Counted from the first letter of the stretch, positions 1 to 8,809 are shown. The stretch: DNA of 41,641 nt from a virus (IMGVR_UViG_3300031953_000043:1-41641); one strand, 5' to 3'. Notes: generated by a model from the sequence alone, not told the origin. A program made the numbers and translations.

Positions 1-89
1 TGCACCGTTGCACTTTTGATAAAAAATGTTTAGCCCTATGAGTTTAAATAACTGAAATTCAGTAAAATAACTTTTTGTAATTGAGAAAA

Positions 90-395
90 ATGAAAACAGA
101 TTATACATTAGAGATCAAAAATCTGCTTCGAAACAACTTCGAACCGGTAATATCTCCATTCGATTCGGATGAATACACCGAAAAGAAAACTCTTACTGAT
201 GTTTACAATCTAGTAATAAAAGTAATTCCGAAGACCTGGGTTTACGAAAGTGATCTTTATGAGATCCTGGAAGAACTCGGATTTAAAAGTTTCCTGCATA
301 CCGATCCCGCAGAATTCAGCGAGGACCAGGAGGAAATTGTCGAGGAAAAAATTTCTTTGTTCTATTTTATGAATAAAAAAACAGCCGCTGTATAA
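90..395 (+). CDS. Hypothetical protein
   Basis: ORF track 81..395; ATG at 90 preferred; ends in a bidirectional terminator. Confidence 0.7.
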   Translation: MKTDYTLEIKNLLRNNFEPVISPFDSDEYTEKKTLTDVYNLVIKVIPKTWVYESDLYEILEELGFKSFLHTDPAEFSEDQEEIVEEKISLFYFMNKKTAAV

Positions 396-406
396 GCGGC
401 TGTTTT
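375..406. terminator. Bidirectional intrinsic terminator
   Basis: AAAACAGCCGCT-GTATA-AGCGGCTGTTTT hairpin between convergent genes, with A and T runs on either side. Confidence 0.8.
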
Positions 407-424
407 AAATTTTCCTTTTATTAG

Positions 425-589
425 TTAACCGGTAATCTCAACCAGAGAATCCTCGGAATAAATTCCTGTGGTACCGTCTTTAAATTTCAGGCGAACAATA
501 TCTTCTTTTTGTTCAACTACTATTCCGGATTGGCCTCTCTTATTATAAGGATCTGTGGTAAGAAAATGAGGTACTTGGTACGTTTTCAT
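425..589 (-). CDS. Small hypothetical protein (54 aa, possibly SH3-like beta fold)
   Basis: Read by hand: MKTYQVPHFLTTDPYNKRGQSGIVVEQKEDIVRLKFKDGTTGIYSEDSLVEITG; preceded by a TAACGCTTAAA motif and a TATATTAG -7-like box (618-625). Confidence 0.65.
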   Translation of the reverse strand: MKTYQVPHFLTTDPYNKRGQSGIVVEQKEDIVRLKFKDGTTGIYSEDSLVEITG

Positions 590-644
590 GTCTGTTTATT
601 TAAGCGTTAATTACAGTCTAATATAACACAACATCCTCCGTAAG

Positions 645-1967
645 TCAAGCACTTACAGGGGTTTCTTCTAAGTATTTTTGAAGTTCTTCTTCGGAAAGTT
701 TCTCACCGTTCTTTATGATTTCATACTCCAAAGAATTATCCATCATATACTGCAGCCACCTTTTAACTTCTACATCTGAATACTTCGGATCCAACTCTAT
801 GCCCCGGCATTGCCTCCAGTGTTTTTCACAGGCTATCAGCGTGCTTCCGCTTCCAAGGAACGCATCAAAAACAATCTGCCTTTGTTTGGAACTGTTGGTT
901 ATCAAATAACTCAGCAGCTCCACCGGTTTCATTGTTGGATGCTCCGTGCTCCTGCTTGGCCTGTCAAATTCAAGAATGGTTCGCTGCTTCCTGTCGTTAA
1001 ACCAGGGGTGAGCTGCTCCCAACTTCCATCCGTACAAACAAGGCTCATGCATCCAATGGTAGTCCTGCCTTCCCATTACAATAGAATTCTTTTTCCAGAT
1101 AAGGCACTGGGAAAATTTAAAGCCGGCATCTACAAAGGCACTTCTAAAATTAACACCTTCTGTATCTGCATGAAAGACATAGATTGGCGCACCTTCATTG
1201 GAAAATTCATAAGTGGGAATGTAAAAAGCCAGGAGAAAATCATAAAAGGCGCTCACTTCCATCTTGTCATTGGCTATTTTATCACGGTTCCCGGTCGATC
1301 CTCCGGAATAATCCACGTTGTAAGGTGGATCTGTAACGGTTAAATCGATCTTTTCTTCCTTCAAAAGGTTTTTAAAAACCTCCGGCAAGGTACTATCTCC
1401 GCAAATTATGCGGTGGGTAAGCTCTTTCTTTGTGCTTCGAAGCTCATAAATATCTCCTGTCTTAGTGATCTCTTCCTTCGGGGGTTCCGGATCAAAGTCT
1501 TTCTCTTCTTCATCCTTGAACTCTTCAGGAATAAGCGCATCTATAAAATCAAGATCTCCAACCATTAAACCAAGCGACTCCAAATCGATATCAGCGAAAT
1601 GCTCCTCGAGTACATCCACATCCCAAAACCCGGCAGGAACGTTGGAGGTAATATTGTACTCTTTAAATTCCTCTTCAGTTAAAGTTCGGTTCGGGATCCG
1701 GACATCTATAATCTCATCGCCGCGATCCAGCAGCATCAGGATTTTCACACGCTGGTGGCCGGCCACAATTACATTGTCGGTGTTTACCGCCGGGACTTCT
1801 GCAAGGTTAAATTTCTCAAGGCTTCGCTTCAGGCGTTCCTTTTTGTCATCGGTTAAAATTCTGGGATTGAATTCATAAGGAACCAGGTCCTTAACTTTTC
1901 TCCGATCATTATGCCACTCAAGCGGTGCTAGTAGCGTAGAATCATTTAATTTGTTTAAATTTGTCAT
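645..1967 (-). CDS. ParB-like N-terminal domain fused to N6/N4 DNA methyltransferase (beta class)
   Basis: N-terminal YEFNPR...IVAGHQR (ParB/Srx); catalytic TDPPY; HPTMKP; SAM-binding DAFLGSGS; GIELDPKY. Confidence 0.93.
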   Translation of the reverse strand: MTNLNKLNDSTLLAPLEWHNDRRKVKDLVPYEFNPRILTDDKKERLKRSLEKFNLAEVPAVNTDNVIVAGHQRVKILMLLDRGDEIIDVRIPNRTLTEEEFKEYNITSNVPAGFWDVDVLEEHFADIDLESLGLMVGDLDFIDALIPEEFKDEEEKDFDPEPPKEEITKTGDIYELRSTKKELTHRIICGDSTLPEVFKNLLKEEKIDLTVTDPPYNVDYSGGSTGNRDKIANDKMEVSAFYDFLLAFYIPTYEFSNEGAPIYVFHADTEGVNFRSAFVDAGFKFSQCLIWKKNSIVMGRQDYHWMHEPCLYGWKLGAAHPWFNDRKQRTILEFDRPSRSTEHPTMKPVELLSYLITNSSKQRQIVFDAFLGSGSTLIACEKHWRQCRGIELDPKYSDVEVKRWLQYMMDNSLEYEIIKNGEKLSEEELQKYLEETPVSA

Positions 1968-2083
1968 CTCTTATCACATTTTTTAATAATTAATTTTACC
2001 CAATCGAGGGAAGACACTGTCCTCCAGTTCCCGATTGGGTTTATTATTAAGTGTGGTAAGAGATATTTAGTAAGCTGGGGGAC
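1965..2083 (-). promoter_or_regulatory. Structured 5' leader of the methyltransferase gene
   Basis: Nested inverted repeats; the outer pair (1966-1978 with 2052-2064) covers part of the start codon. Confidence 0.6.
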
Positions 2084-2087
2084 TTTT

Positions 2088-2840
2088 TTATAAAAGTTCC
2101 TCGATCTTCCTTAGATTGATTTCGTGAGTGTGCAGCCTTCTTTCGCTGCGACTTATTTGCTGTTCTATTTTAATAGCTTCCTGTTTATTTGATTGCTTCG
2201 TGAGATCTTCACGCCATCCTTCCAGTCTTTTTTTAATTTTTGAAATGCTGCTTCCAAGGCTTGCCTTCTTCAGAAATAAATGCTGTACCGATAATCCCGA
2301 AAAATCATCCTCGGTTTTTGTGGGAAGCAACGTTTTATAAAGCAACCAATGATCGATCTCCTTCCAGATAGTTTCCTTTTGTTCATCCAGGGCTTCAATA
2401 GCCAACTGAATTTTTAAAGCATCCTGCTCCGCTTTTGCGGGCAGATCGTTTAATGCGAACTTTAGATCCTGCATATCATAGAATAAGTCCTTCAGTACTC
2501 TGAAACGCGGCCTGAGTTCCGCAGGAAGGTCTCCAAATCGAACGCGCTGGAAATAACTCTCGCTGCTCTTCTGAATTAACTGCGTGCGTTCTGCAGCTTC
2601 CTGGACCTTCACGGTTTCAACCGGTGCCAGCTTCAGCTTCTCGATGGTGGGTTTTTTAACTTTCACCACCACCTTGTTCTTCAGCTTTCGCAGTTCGCTT
2701 ATCAGTAAACCAAAATTACGGTCGCTGTATCCCTGCTGAAGCGTGGACAGGATCCTGCTCTTGCATCCGGGAGAACCGGCGTAGAGTTTTACTCCGGCAT
2801 TGTAATCTTTGGTTTTAAACCAGTCTTGAATTTCATTCAT
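2088..2840 (-). CDS. Hypothetical coiled-coil protein
   Basis: Long ORF (track 2088..2852); MNEIQ start at 2840 preferred because 2852 abuts the terminator. Confidence 0.75.
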   Translation of the reverse strand: MNEIQDWFKTKDYNAGVKLYAGSPGCKSRILSTLQQGYSDRNFGLLISELRKLKNKVVVKVKKPTIEKLKLAPVETVKVQEAAERTQLIQKSSESYFQRVRFGDLPAELRPRFRVLKDLFYDMQDLKFALNDLPAKAEQDALKIQLAIEALDEQKETIWKEIDHWLLYKTLLPTKTEDDFSGLSVQHLFLKKASLGSSISKIKKRLEGWREDLTKQSNKQEAIKIEQQISRSERRLHTHEINLRKIEELL

Positions 2841-2852
2841 AAGAAACAGCAT

Positions 2853-2887
2853 AAAAAAAGCAGCTCCGGGAGGTCAAGAGCTGCTTT
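2853..2887 (-). terminator. Intrinsic terminator after head operon
   Basis: AAAGCAGCTC...GAGCTGCTTT stem followed by a 7-T run on the minus strand. Confidence 0.7.
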
Positions 2888-2912
2888 CTAACTAACTAAC
2901 TAAAAACAAGGT

Positions 2913-3317
2913 TTATGAAGAAAATAAAAAGCCGTACATTATTCCATCGCTTGCATTTCGCTGGGGAAAATGGAGTTTGGTTTCTAAGGTGTGAGTAGGA
3001 TTTTCTTTTTCATAATTAGAATTTAGCCAACCCACATCATCTGTCAGATTTATTGTTAGGTTAAGTTCAGAACTAATCGTGTTTTTAAATTCCATTGCTG
3101 GTAAAATAGCCCTATTTTCAGCAAGGCTAAATGCTGCTTCCATTTGGAAGGAATCGAAAGAAATTTCCATTACGGAAACAGATACTACATTTGCTGAATC
3201 ATCCATCTGGATTAATTCAGTGGTCGAATTTTCGGCCGGGTCGGCAGTAGTTAATCCGAATCCCGTGAAGCAGATCAGTCCGATCAGCAACATTAAAAAG
3301 CCAGCTTTCGCTTTCAT
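2913..3317 (-). CDS. Hypothetical protein with N-terminal signal peptide or TM helix
   Basis: Hydrophobic N-terminus (AGFLMLLIGLICFTGFG); TAATG coupling to the upstream gene. Confidence 0.7.
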   Translation of the reverse strand: MKAKAGFLMLLIGLICFTGFGLTTADPAENSTTELIQMDDSANVVSVSVMEISFDSFQMEAAFSLAENRAILPAMEFKNTISSELNLTINLTDDVGWLNSNYEKENPTHTLETKLHFPQRNASDGIMYGFLFSS

Positions 3318-3637
3318 TAATTTTTGTTATTTTCAAGAGCTTTCAGTTTGGTTTCTGCAATCCCGGTAATAGTTTTTGAGTCACTAATGCCGGAAAGCAG
3401 TTCCAGTTCCTGCGCGCTGCTGGCATTTTGTACCAAGGAGGCGATCTCTTTTACAGTGAGCTTTTGTTTTTTTAAGAAAGCCTTGGCGCCCGACTTCAAA
3501 CTTATCCAGGGGAACACCTTTCTAGGAAGTTTGTAGATGGCAAATAATCGCTCATCGCTTACTTCAACGGTGGTATCCAACCTTCCAATTTTCGGAATGT
3601 CATAACGGCCTGCGGCAACTTTAAAAACTTTACTCAT
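3317..3637 (-). CDS. Hypothetical protein (head operon)
   Basis: Tightly packed ORF in the head operon. Confidence 0.75.
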   Translation of the reverse strand: MSKVFKVAAGRYDIPKIGRLDTTVEVSDERLFAIYKLPRKVFPWISLKSGAKAFLKKQKLTVKEIASLVQNASSAQELELLSGISDSKTITGIAETKLKALENNKN

Positions 3638-3643
3638 AATTTA

Positions 3644-4213
3644 TTATACTACCGGTGGGGTAAATTCTACAAGCGCGCCATCATATTGAGGGGCCATATA
3701 ATTTTGTGTGTCCATGAACTTCACGGTGGTCGCTTTCACGTCTCCGGGTTTAGATCCAGAAGTTCCTGCAGCTTCGCTTAAATAAGCTGGGCTTAGTTCA
3801 CTTCCTATCTGCTTCACATCGCCGTTCTTTTCTCGCACTACAAAGATCATTGGGGTGTTTTTATACTTCCTCAAGTATCCTGCAACCTTGGCGCTGGTGC
3901 CTTGTAAAGCTCCGCCAAAACTGTTCTGGAAAGAAATATTTCCTTTCTCTCCCACCTGCGCACTTTCCACCATTCCGCTGTCCGGATTCACATAAATTTT
4001 ATGGAAACCACGGTCTGGCTTAAAGGTGTGTGCTGCCGTAATGGTAGCAAGGCTGGCAAGATCTGTCCCTGTGGAAAGATCTGATGGTTTTTCGATCGTA
4101 AGAAAATCTGAGACCGCTGCGGCAAATACGCCGACTTCGCTTACTCCTGCTGCTACTTCATCGGTAGGGCAAAAGTCTAAGCTTTCTAATGGGATTGCAT
4201 CTGTACAGGCCAT
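3644..4213 (-). CDS. Putative major tail (tube) protein
   Basis: 189 aa, beta-rich, Gly/Ala/Thr/Ser-rich protein downstream of the capsid gene; function inferred from size and position. Confidence 0.55.
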   Translation of the reverse strand: MACTDAIPLESLDFCPTDEVAAGVSEVGVFAAAVSDFLTIEKPSDLSTGTDLASLATITAAHTFKPDRGFHKIYVNPDSGMVESAQVGEKGNISFQNSFGGALQGTSAKVAGYLRKYKNTPMIFVVREKNGDVKQIGSELSPAYLSEAAGTSGSKPGDVKATTVKFMDTQNYMAPQYDGALVEFTPPVV

Positions 4214-4216
4214 TGT

Positions 4217-4675
4217 TTATTTTGATTTTTGAATTAGTAACGTGCTGTTTCCGTAGATCAATTCAGAGATGATGTCTTCGTCTTCGAAGATCTCTTCCTG
4301 ACTCATGGAATGCCCGTCAATATTTATTTTTTTAGGAGCGGTGGCCTTAAAACTCCACTTCCTTCCTTTCTCGTCTGTATAGACAGGAACTTCTTTTTCA
4401 GCTTTCTCAGCAGCAGCTTTTTCGGCAGCAGCTTTTTCGGCTTCAGCTTTCTCAGCAGCAGCTTTTTCGGCTTCAGCTTTTTCGGCAGCAGCTTTTTCGG
4501 CTTCAGCTTTCTCAGCAGCAGCTTTTTCGGCAGCAGCTTTCTCAGTTTCTACTTCCAAGGCTTCCAGTTCGGCTTCCTTCGCCTCAATGGCGGCTTTCAG
4601 TTTGGCATTGGTGTCCAGACCTGAGATATCAATCCCCAGGTCTGTACACTTTTGCAATAATTCAGCTTTATTCAT
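4217..4675 (-). CDS. Head-operon protein with HeH/Rho-N-like N-terminus and EKAAA/EKAEA helical repeat
   Basis: MNKAELLQKCTDLGID...TNAKLKAAI N-terminus followed by tandem pentapeptides. Confidence 0.8.
   Translation of the reverse strand: MNKAELLQKCTDLGIDISGLDTNAKLKAAIEAKEAELEALEVETEKAAAEKAAAEKAEAEKAAAEKAEAEKAAAEKAEAEKAAAEKAAAEKAEKEVPVYTDEKGRKWSFKATAPKKINIDGHSMSQEEIFEDEDIISELIYGNSTLLIQKSK
4400..4543 (-). repeat. 15-bp tandem repeat (9 full units plus a partial one) encoding EKAAA/EKAEA
   Basis: Visible (gcagca|gcttca)gcttt(c|t)tc units in frame with the ORF. Confidence 0.95.
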
Positions 4676-4692
4676 TTTTTAGAATTTTGCTA

Positions 4693-5715
4693 TTAGACTG
4701 CGGTGAATCCGTCTTCACCGTAATATTTCTGGTTCAAAGCTGTAGAGCCAAGACCTAGTGTCGCGTTTGAATAGTTGGAAACATATACCAACTGGTTGAT
4801 AAGGAAATCATATCCTTTCCAGAATTCCATAAAGAATTTCACTTTATAGTCTTGGATCTGAATGTCTGTAATTGCCGGTTCATTGTCAAAAACATCGATC
4901 AACCTTTTGAAGTTGTTCTCTGTAGTTGCGAAGATCAAATCAGAATCCATTCCTGGTATTCCAACGATCTCTCTTTTTCCAACCCGGGTTTTCATCGCGT
5001 CATCCTGGAACTTGTTCTGGCCAAATTTGTCCTCATAGTTCATCCCGTAACGTTCCTTATTGTTTTCACTCATGAAGATCTTCTTGATCTTCCCTTTTGT
5101 TTTGGAAGGAAGGCCTCTTTCATACTTGGTGACTTCATCCACAATATTGGAATCTGTCAACGCGTTCATTGGAATTCGGTAAGGCGTGTGGTCTGTTGCA
5201 ACCGCAGGATCCAACGCAAGAAGGTTGGCAAGGATCTGCTCGATTCCGTTCATGGAGAATCCAAATTCTGCCAAACGAGCAGCATCATAAACTCCTTTTA
5301 CAGATAATGTGGCAAGGTTATCAAGCACCTTCGGAAGCAATTCATTCTCGATGATGTACTTTGAAACAGGCATATCTGCCGGTTTTTTGTCTTCTGCATA
5401 AAGCTCAGCCCAGTAGGAGTGAAGAATATCAGCGGGAACCAAAGCGAAATTCACTTTTTGTTGATAATTCTTCAGGGTTTTGGTCTCAATTTGTACGGCT
5501 CCAAGTTCGTTAAAACCTGCGCTTGAGAATCCCTGCACCACATTGCTTAACAAGGTGTGCCCTTGTGGGAATTGACCTTTGATTTTTGTGAGAGGCTGCG
5601 TGTGTAAATCCAGAACATTCTGCGCGCGGTTGATTGCGGCAGAGATTAATGTAGGATTGTTAGCGAGGTATGTGTTTGCCTCTTTTACAACGTCATTGAT
5701 GTTGATTGTTGCCAT
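4693..5715 (-). CDS. Major capsid protein
   Basis: 340 aa ORF directly after the protease-scaffold gene; MNGI motif and C-terminal beta elements fit an HK97-like fold. Confidence 0.8.
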   Translation of the reverse strand: MATININDVVKEANTYLANNPTLISAAINRAQNVLDLHTQPLTKIKGQFPQGHTLLSNVVQGFSSAGFNELGAVQIETKTLKNYQQKVNFALVPADILHSYWAELYAEDKKPADMPVSKYIIENELLPKVLDNLATLSVKGVYDAARLAEFGFSMNGIEQILANLLALDPAVATDHTPYRIPMNALTDSNIVDEVTKYERGLPSKTKGKIKKIFMSENNKERYGMNYEDKFGQNKFQDDAMKTRVGKREIVGIPGMDSDLIFATTENNFKRLIDVFDNEPAITDIQIQDYKVKFFMEFWKGYDFLINQLVYVSNYSNATLGLGSTALNQKYYGEDGFTAV

Positions 5716-5718
5716 TTT

Positions 5719-7053
5719 TTACTTGGTATTATAGATTGATGAAGTGAAGTCGATGTAAGCGTGTTCAGCTGCTGGAGCATCATAGGCCGCTCCGGCTGTG
5801 TGAGAAGCGCCCGGTTTCCCGTTAAGCTCCTGGATCTTCGCTGTAAGTGCAGTCTGAATTTCTTCAGAAGTTGCATTCTCAGCAATGTTTTCAACGCCGG
5901 CCTCGGTGGCAACGGCTTTTAATTGCACTAAAACACTTTCTGAAGTTGCAGTTGCAGCCTCTAAAGCGGTTTGTGCGGTGGCTTTTTCAGCAGCAAGATC
6001 AGCTTCGGCAGTTGCCTTGGCATCATTCGCGGCCTGAACATCAGCGGCCGATGCCGTTAACTGATCTTCGATCACCTGTTTTTGGTCCTCATTCAAAAAA
6101 CTTCCGTCTTCCGTACTGGCCAAAGGCTCAGATAATCCAAGGACAGCTTCCAAATTAGGATAAGAATTAGGTTTGCTCATGTTGGTTTGGGTATTATTAA
6201 TATTAGAATTTGATAACTCGAAAACTTTATCGACTGCATCCTGGAGCGTTCCAAGAGAATCTATGAGACCTTTTTTAAGGGCTGCGGGACCGCTATAGGT
6301 AGCTCCTTTAAAAACATCTTCAGAAACATTTGGTCTTGCTGCTTTTATATCGGCAATGAAATCATCAACCAGAGGATTCAACTCCTCTTTGATGTATGCC
6401 TTGTAATCGCCTGCCAGAGCATCGCGATATGCTTTATTTTTTTCTGTGGATTTTTCTGCGTAGATCGTGTGGATCTTCACTCCCTGCTTTTCATAATATC
6501 CAGAGAGATCCAGCATTTGAGTATACGCGCCAATGGATCCAATTGCTTCTGCTCTTTTATTGGCAACAATATGACTTGCAGCACTTCCTATATAATAACC
6601 TGCACTTGCCATTAATCCGCTTGTATAGGTAACAACCGGTTTAGGGTAAGTCTTCAGATAATCATAAAATTCAGGAGTTCCGTAAGCTTGTCCACCTCCG
6701 CTGTCGATATCTAAAACAACTCCTGCAATAGCAGCATTGTTTTTTAATCTTTCCAGGGCAGCGATCTTACTTTGCGTTCCAGATGGACCGCATTGCTGAT
6801 CATATTTGTAAATGGGTGATTTTATGTTTAAAACAGCAACTACTTTTTGTTGACTCTCTTCAGGTCCATCGTTGACAGCTAATGAATTTCCGGCTGCATT
6901 AATTAAGGAAGCAACTGGGTTTTCTTTCTCTACTTTAGAGACTCCTGTTTTTCCATCCAAAAGGTTGAACAGCATTGGCAAATGACTTTCGGCATAAGCC
7001 ATATCAATATACCAGGGGCGATTCAATAAAGAGTGTAGGTTGCTTATAGACAT
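5719..7053 (-). CDS. S49/SppA-family prohead protease fused to C-terminal scaffold
   Basis: LDIDSGGG, MASAGYYIGS, IGSIG motifs; acidic Ala-rich coiled-coil C-terminus; ATG at 7053 preferred over track start 7080. Confidence 0.88.
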   Translation of the reverse strand: MSISNLHSLLNRPWYIDMAYAESHLPMLFNLLDGKTGVSKVEKENPVASLINAAGNSLAVNDGPEESQQKVVAVLNIKSPIYKYDQQCGPSGTQSKIAALERLKNNAAIAGVVLDIDSGGGQAYGTPEFYDYLKTYPKPVVTYTSGLMASAGYYIGSAASHIVANKRAEAIGSIGAYTQMLDLSGYYEKQGVKIHTIYAEKSTEKNKAYRDALAGDYKAYIKEELNPLVDDFIADIKAARPNVSEDVFKGATYSGPAALKKGLIDSLGTLQDAVDKVFELSNSNINNTQTNMSKPNSYPNLEAVLGLSEPLASTEDGSFLNEDQKQVIEDQLTASAADVQAANDAKATAEADLAAEKATAQTALEAATATSESVLVQLKAVATEAGVENIAENATSEEIQTALTAKIQELNGKPGASHTAGAAYDAPAAEHAYIDFTSSIYNTK

Positions 7054-7083
7054 CAATTGAGATTGTGAACAATAATTCAATCA

Positions 7084-7119
7084 CAATATTAAAAGGATGC
7101 CAAAACCTAAAAAAGGACA
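7084..7119 (-). promoter_or_regulatory. Putative activator-dependent late promoter (head operon)
   Basis: TGTCCTTTTTT, then TAATATTG starting 28 nt after the first base of TGTCC; same spacing in six other copies. Confidence 0.7.
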
Positions 7120-7160
7120 CGCCCCAAACTTAGCAGTTTGAGGCGTTTAGATAGGTGTCC
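7115..7160. other. Hairpin, possibly the terminator of the upstream gene, overlapping the late motif
   Basis: GGACAC-GCCCCAAACT-TAGC-AGTTTGAGGC...GTGTCC. Confidence 0.4.
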
Positions 7161-7230
7161 GGTTGAAAAGGTACGTTTAGGGCGTTTAGTTTTAATTTGG
7201 TTAAAAAGATACATCGATGCCTTCGAGGGC

Positions 7231-7773
7231 CTATAAACTTCCGGCCAAAGAAAACGCCAGTCCGCGATCTATTACAGGAAAGTCGGTTTCTTTTCCTGCA
7301 AAGTATTTCGCGGCTCCATAGGTCTCCCCGGCCATTGCAAGGTTGTATCCTTTAAGGGCGGCAGGGGTTGGTGCGTGGAGTTCATCATAAGTAAATAGCA
7401 GCGGCTGTTCACTGGTGCCGTATAAATGAGAATGCGAATGACGCACTACAAATGCCACCACCAGTTTATTATTAAAACTTTCCAGCAGCCCTTGAATTGC
7501 GGCATCCTGCGGAATAAGCGGCAGGGAAACGCTGTGGCGGTATTGTTTGTTTTCATTCACCAGGGCGGTATTGGAGGATAAGGAAAATTTCTCAGGGATA
7601 AAAGGGATCACCATCGCCTGGAATGCTGCCGGCAGAGAATTCACCACGCTCAAAACTTCCTCGTCCGGGGTTAGGTGGTTGAATTTTGGAAGTTGGGTAG
7701 CTTCAATAATTACGATTTTAAAAAAAGTATCGAAGCTGGATTCATTAAAAATGTTACAAAGGTTCTGGATCAT
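7231..7773 (-). CDS. Hypothetical protein (possibly virion-associated)
   Basis: ORF track 7231..7872; the extension upstream of MIQNL (7773) runs through a DNA repeat and is likely non-coding. Confidence 0.7.
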   Translation of the reverse strand: MIQNLCNIFNESSFDTFFKIVIIEATQLPKFNHLTPDEEVLSVVNSLPAAFQAMVIPFIPEKFSLSSNTALVNENKQYRHSVSLPLIPQDAAIQGLLESFNNKLVVAFVVRHSHSHLYGTSEQPLLFTYDELHAPTPAALKGYNLAMAGETYGAAKYFAGKETDFPVIDRGLAFSLAGSL

Positions 7774-7810
7774 GGTGCTTTTTTTTATGGACAATTTTCC
7801 CAAACATTTT

Positions 7811-7874
7811 TTTTGTCCTTTTTTTAGGGACAAAAATCCCGAGTGGGAAAATTGTCCCTTTTTTAGGGACAAAA
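7811..7874. repeat. Two tandem palindromic TTGTCCYTTTTTTAGGGACAA sites, 39 bp apart
   Basis: Directly visible at 7813-7833 and 7852-7872. Confidence 0.85.
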
Positions 7875-7890
7875 TATTTTTAGGGGAAAA

Positions 7891-8376
7891 TTATCCGTGT
7901 GCCGGTATTAGTTTTAAATTTAGGTCAATCGCGTCCTTCCGTCGCTTAAAATCACGGTACAGCGTATCCAGTTTAATGTCATCCTCGGTAATATTATACA
8001 CCATTAAAAAGGTACGTATGGAGTCTAAATACTTCGCGGCATCTATTCCTTTGTTGATCATGATATGGTAAAAAAGCTCTTCGCGAAACATCTTATCTAC
8101 CTGGTCATTGAAGAGCTGGGCGTTCTCACTTGTAATATGCATCCCAAGCCTTTTAAAATGCTCTTCCTGCACCGTGACTTTAAAAACTTTGGTAAAGATT
8201 AGTTTTCCGGGCTTCACATCCGGGTTGCGGCCGTGCAGGCTTAAAGCAAGGCTGCCGAAGGAGGTATGCCTGCTGGCGGTGATATGGTCACTGCCACATC
8301 GGGTTATTAAATACTTGTAAACGTGATCTGCAACCGGGAAATGCTGAGTGATTGAATAATCTACAGGGGGAGGCAT
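7891..8376 (-). CDS. Putative DNA-binding protein, candidate late-gene activator
   Basis: 161 aa from ATG 8376; helical basic C-terminus (ITEDDIKLDTLYRDFKRRK); lies between the early and head modules and is flanked by TGTCC-type motifs. Confidence 0.5.
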   Translation of the reverse strand: MPPPVDYSITQHFPVADHVYKYLITRCGSDHITASRHTSFGSLALSLHGRNPDVKPGKLIFTKVFKVTVQEEHFKRLGMHITSENAQLFNDQVDKMFREELFYHIMINKGIDAAKYLDSIRTFLMVYNITEDDIKLDTLYRDFKRRKDAIDLNLKLIPAHG

Positions 8377-8400
8377 AGGCAAGGCGGATTTTGGTTTTAT

Positions 8401-8437
8401 CAAATATATGTTAAAATCCAATGTAAAAAAAGGGACT
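8401..8437 (-). promoter_or_regulatory. Bacteroidetes -7 promoter box with a variant AGTCCC-T7 motif
   Basis: TATATTTG (8401-8408) matches TAnnTTTG; AGTCCCTTTTTTT starts 29 nt upstream. Confidence 0.55.
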
Positions 8438-8530
8438 TATACCTGTAAATGTGGGAATTATGAAAATAAGATTATAAAAAGTAGGACCCTTAAAAAATTC
8501 AAGGTTTGAAAGTTAGAAGATTAAAAAATA

Positions 8531-8584
8531 TAAACGCAACTCTTAAAGTATTGGTTTAAGAGGTACGTTTAGCGACATGTTAGC
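8531..8584 (-). repeat. attC-like site 5 (terminal, divergent, lacks the R' GTT)
   Basis: Minus strand TTTGCTAAC followed by hairpin TAAACG-TACCTCTTAAA/TTTAAGAG-TTGCGTTTA. Confidence 0.5.
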
Positions 8585-8594
8585 AAACAGTTCT

Positions 8595-8750
8595 TTAATC
8601 ATCCATAGGTTTATCTTCCGTATCTCCCGTAGCCCACTCTAAGGCAGCTTTTACACCATCTTCATAGCTCATTCCTCTAAACCCTTCACCGTTTTCTTGT
8701 GCAGAAGTAGCTCTATCAATCTCGTTGTACATTTGGTCTGTTGTTCTCAT
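8595..8750 (-). CDS. Cassette gene, 51-aa acidic hypothetical protein
   Basis: Read by hand: MRTTDQMYNEIDRATSAQENGEGFRGMSYEDGVKAALEWATGDTEDKPMDD. Confidence 0.75.
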   Translation of the reverse strand: MRTTDQMYNEIDRATSAQENGEGFRGMSYEDGVKAALEWATGDTEDKPMDD

Positions 8751-8796
8751 TTTTAATTTATTTAGTTATTAATATTAATTCTCATTAAACCGATTT

Positions 8797-8809
8797 GCTA
8801 ACAGTTAGT
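8797..8809 (-). repeat. attC-like site 4, collapsed (inner stem missing)
   Basis: Minus strand ACTAAC-T-GTTAGC followed by the shared cassette leader AAATCGGTTTAA. Confidence 0.5.

Noticed and set aside
7774-7872. Repeated SLKKGQ peptide at the N-terminus of ORF 7231..7872
   Set aside because: It is a translation of the palindromic DNA sites; the protein more plausibly starts at 7773.
7169-8572. Shared 12-mer AGGTACGTTTAG at 7169 and 8561
   Set aside because: Too short, only two copies, and no consistent context; may be chance.
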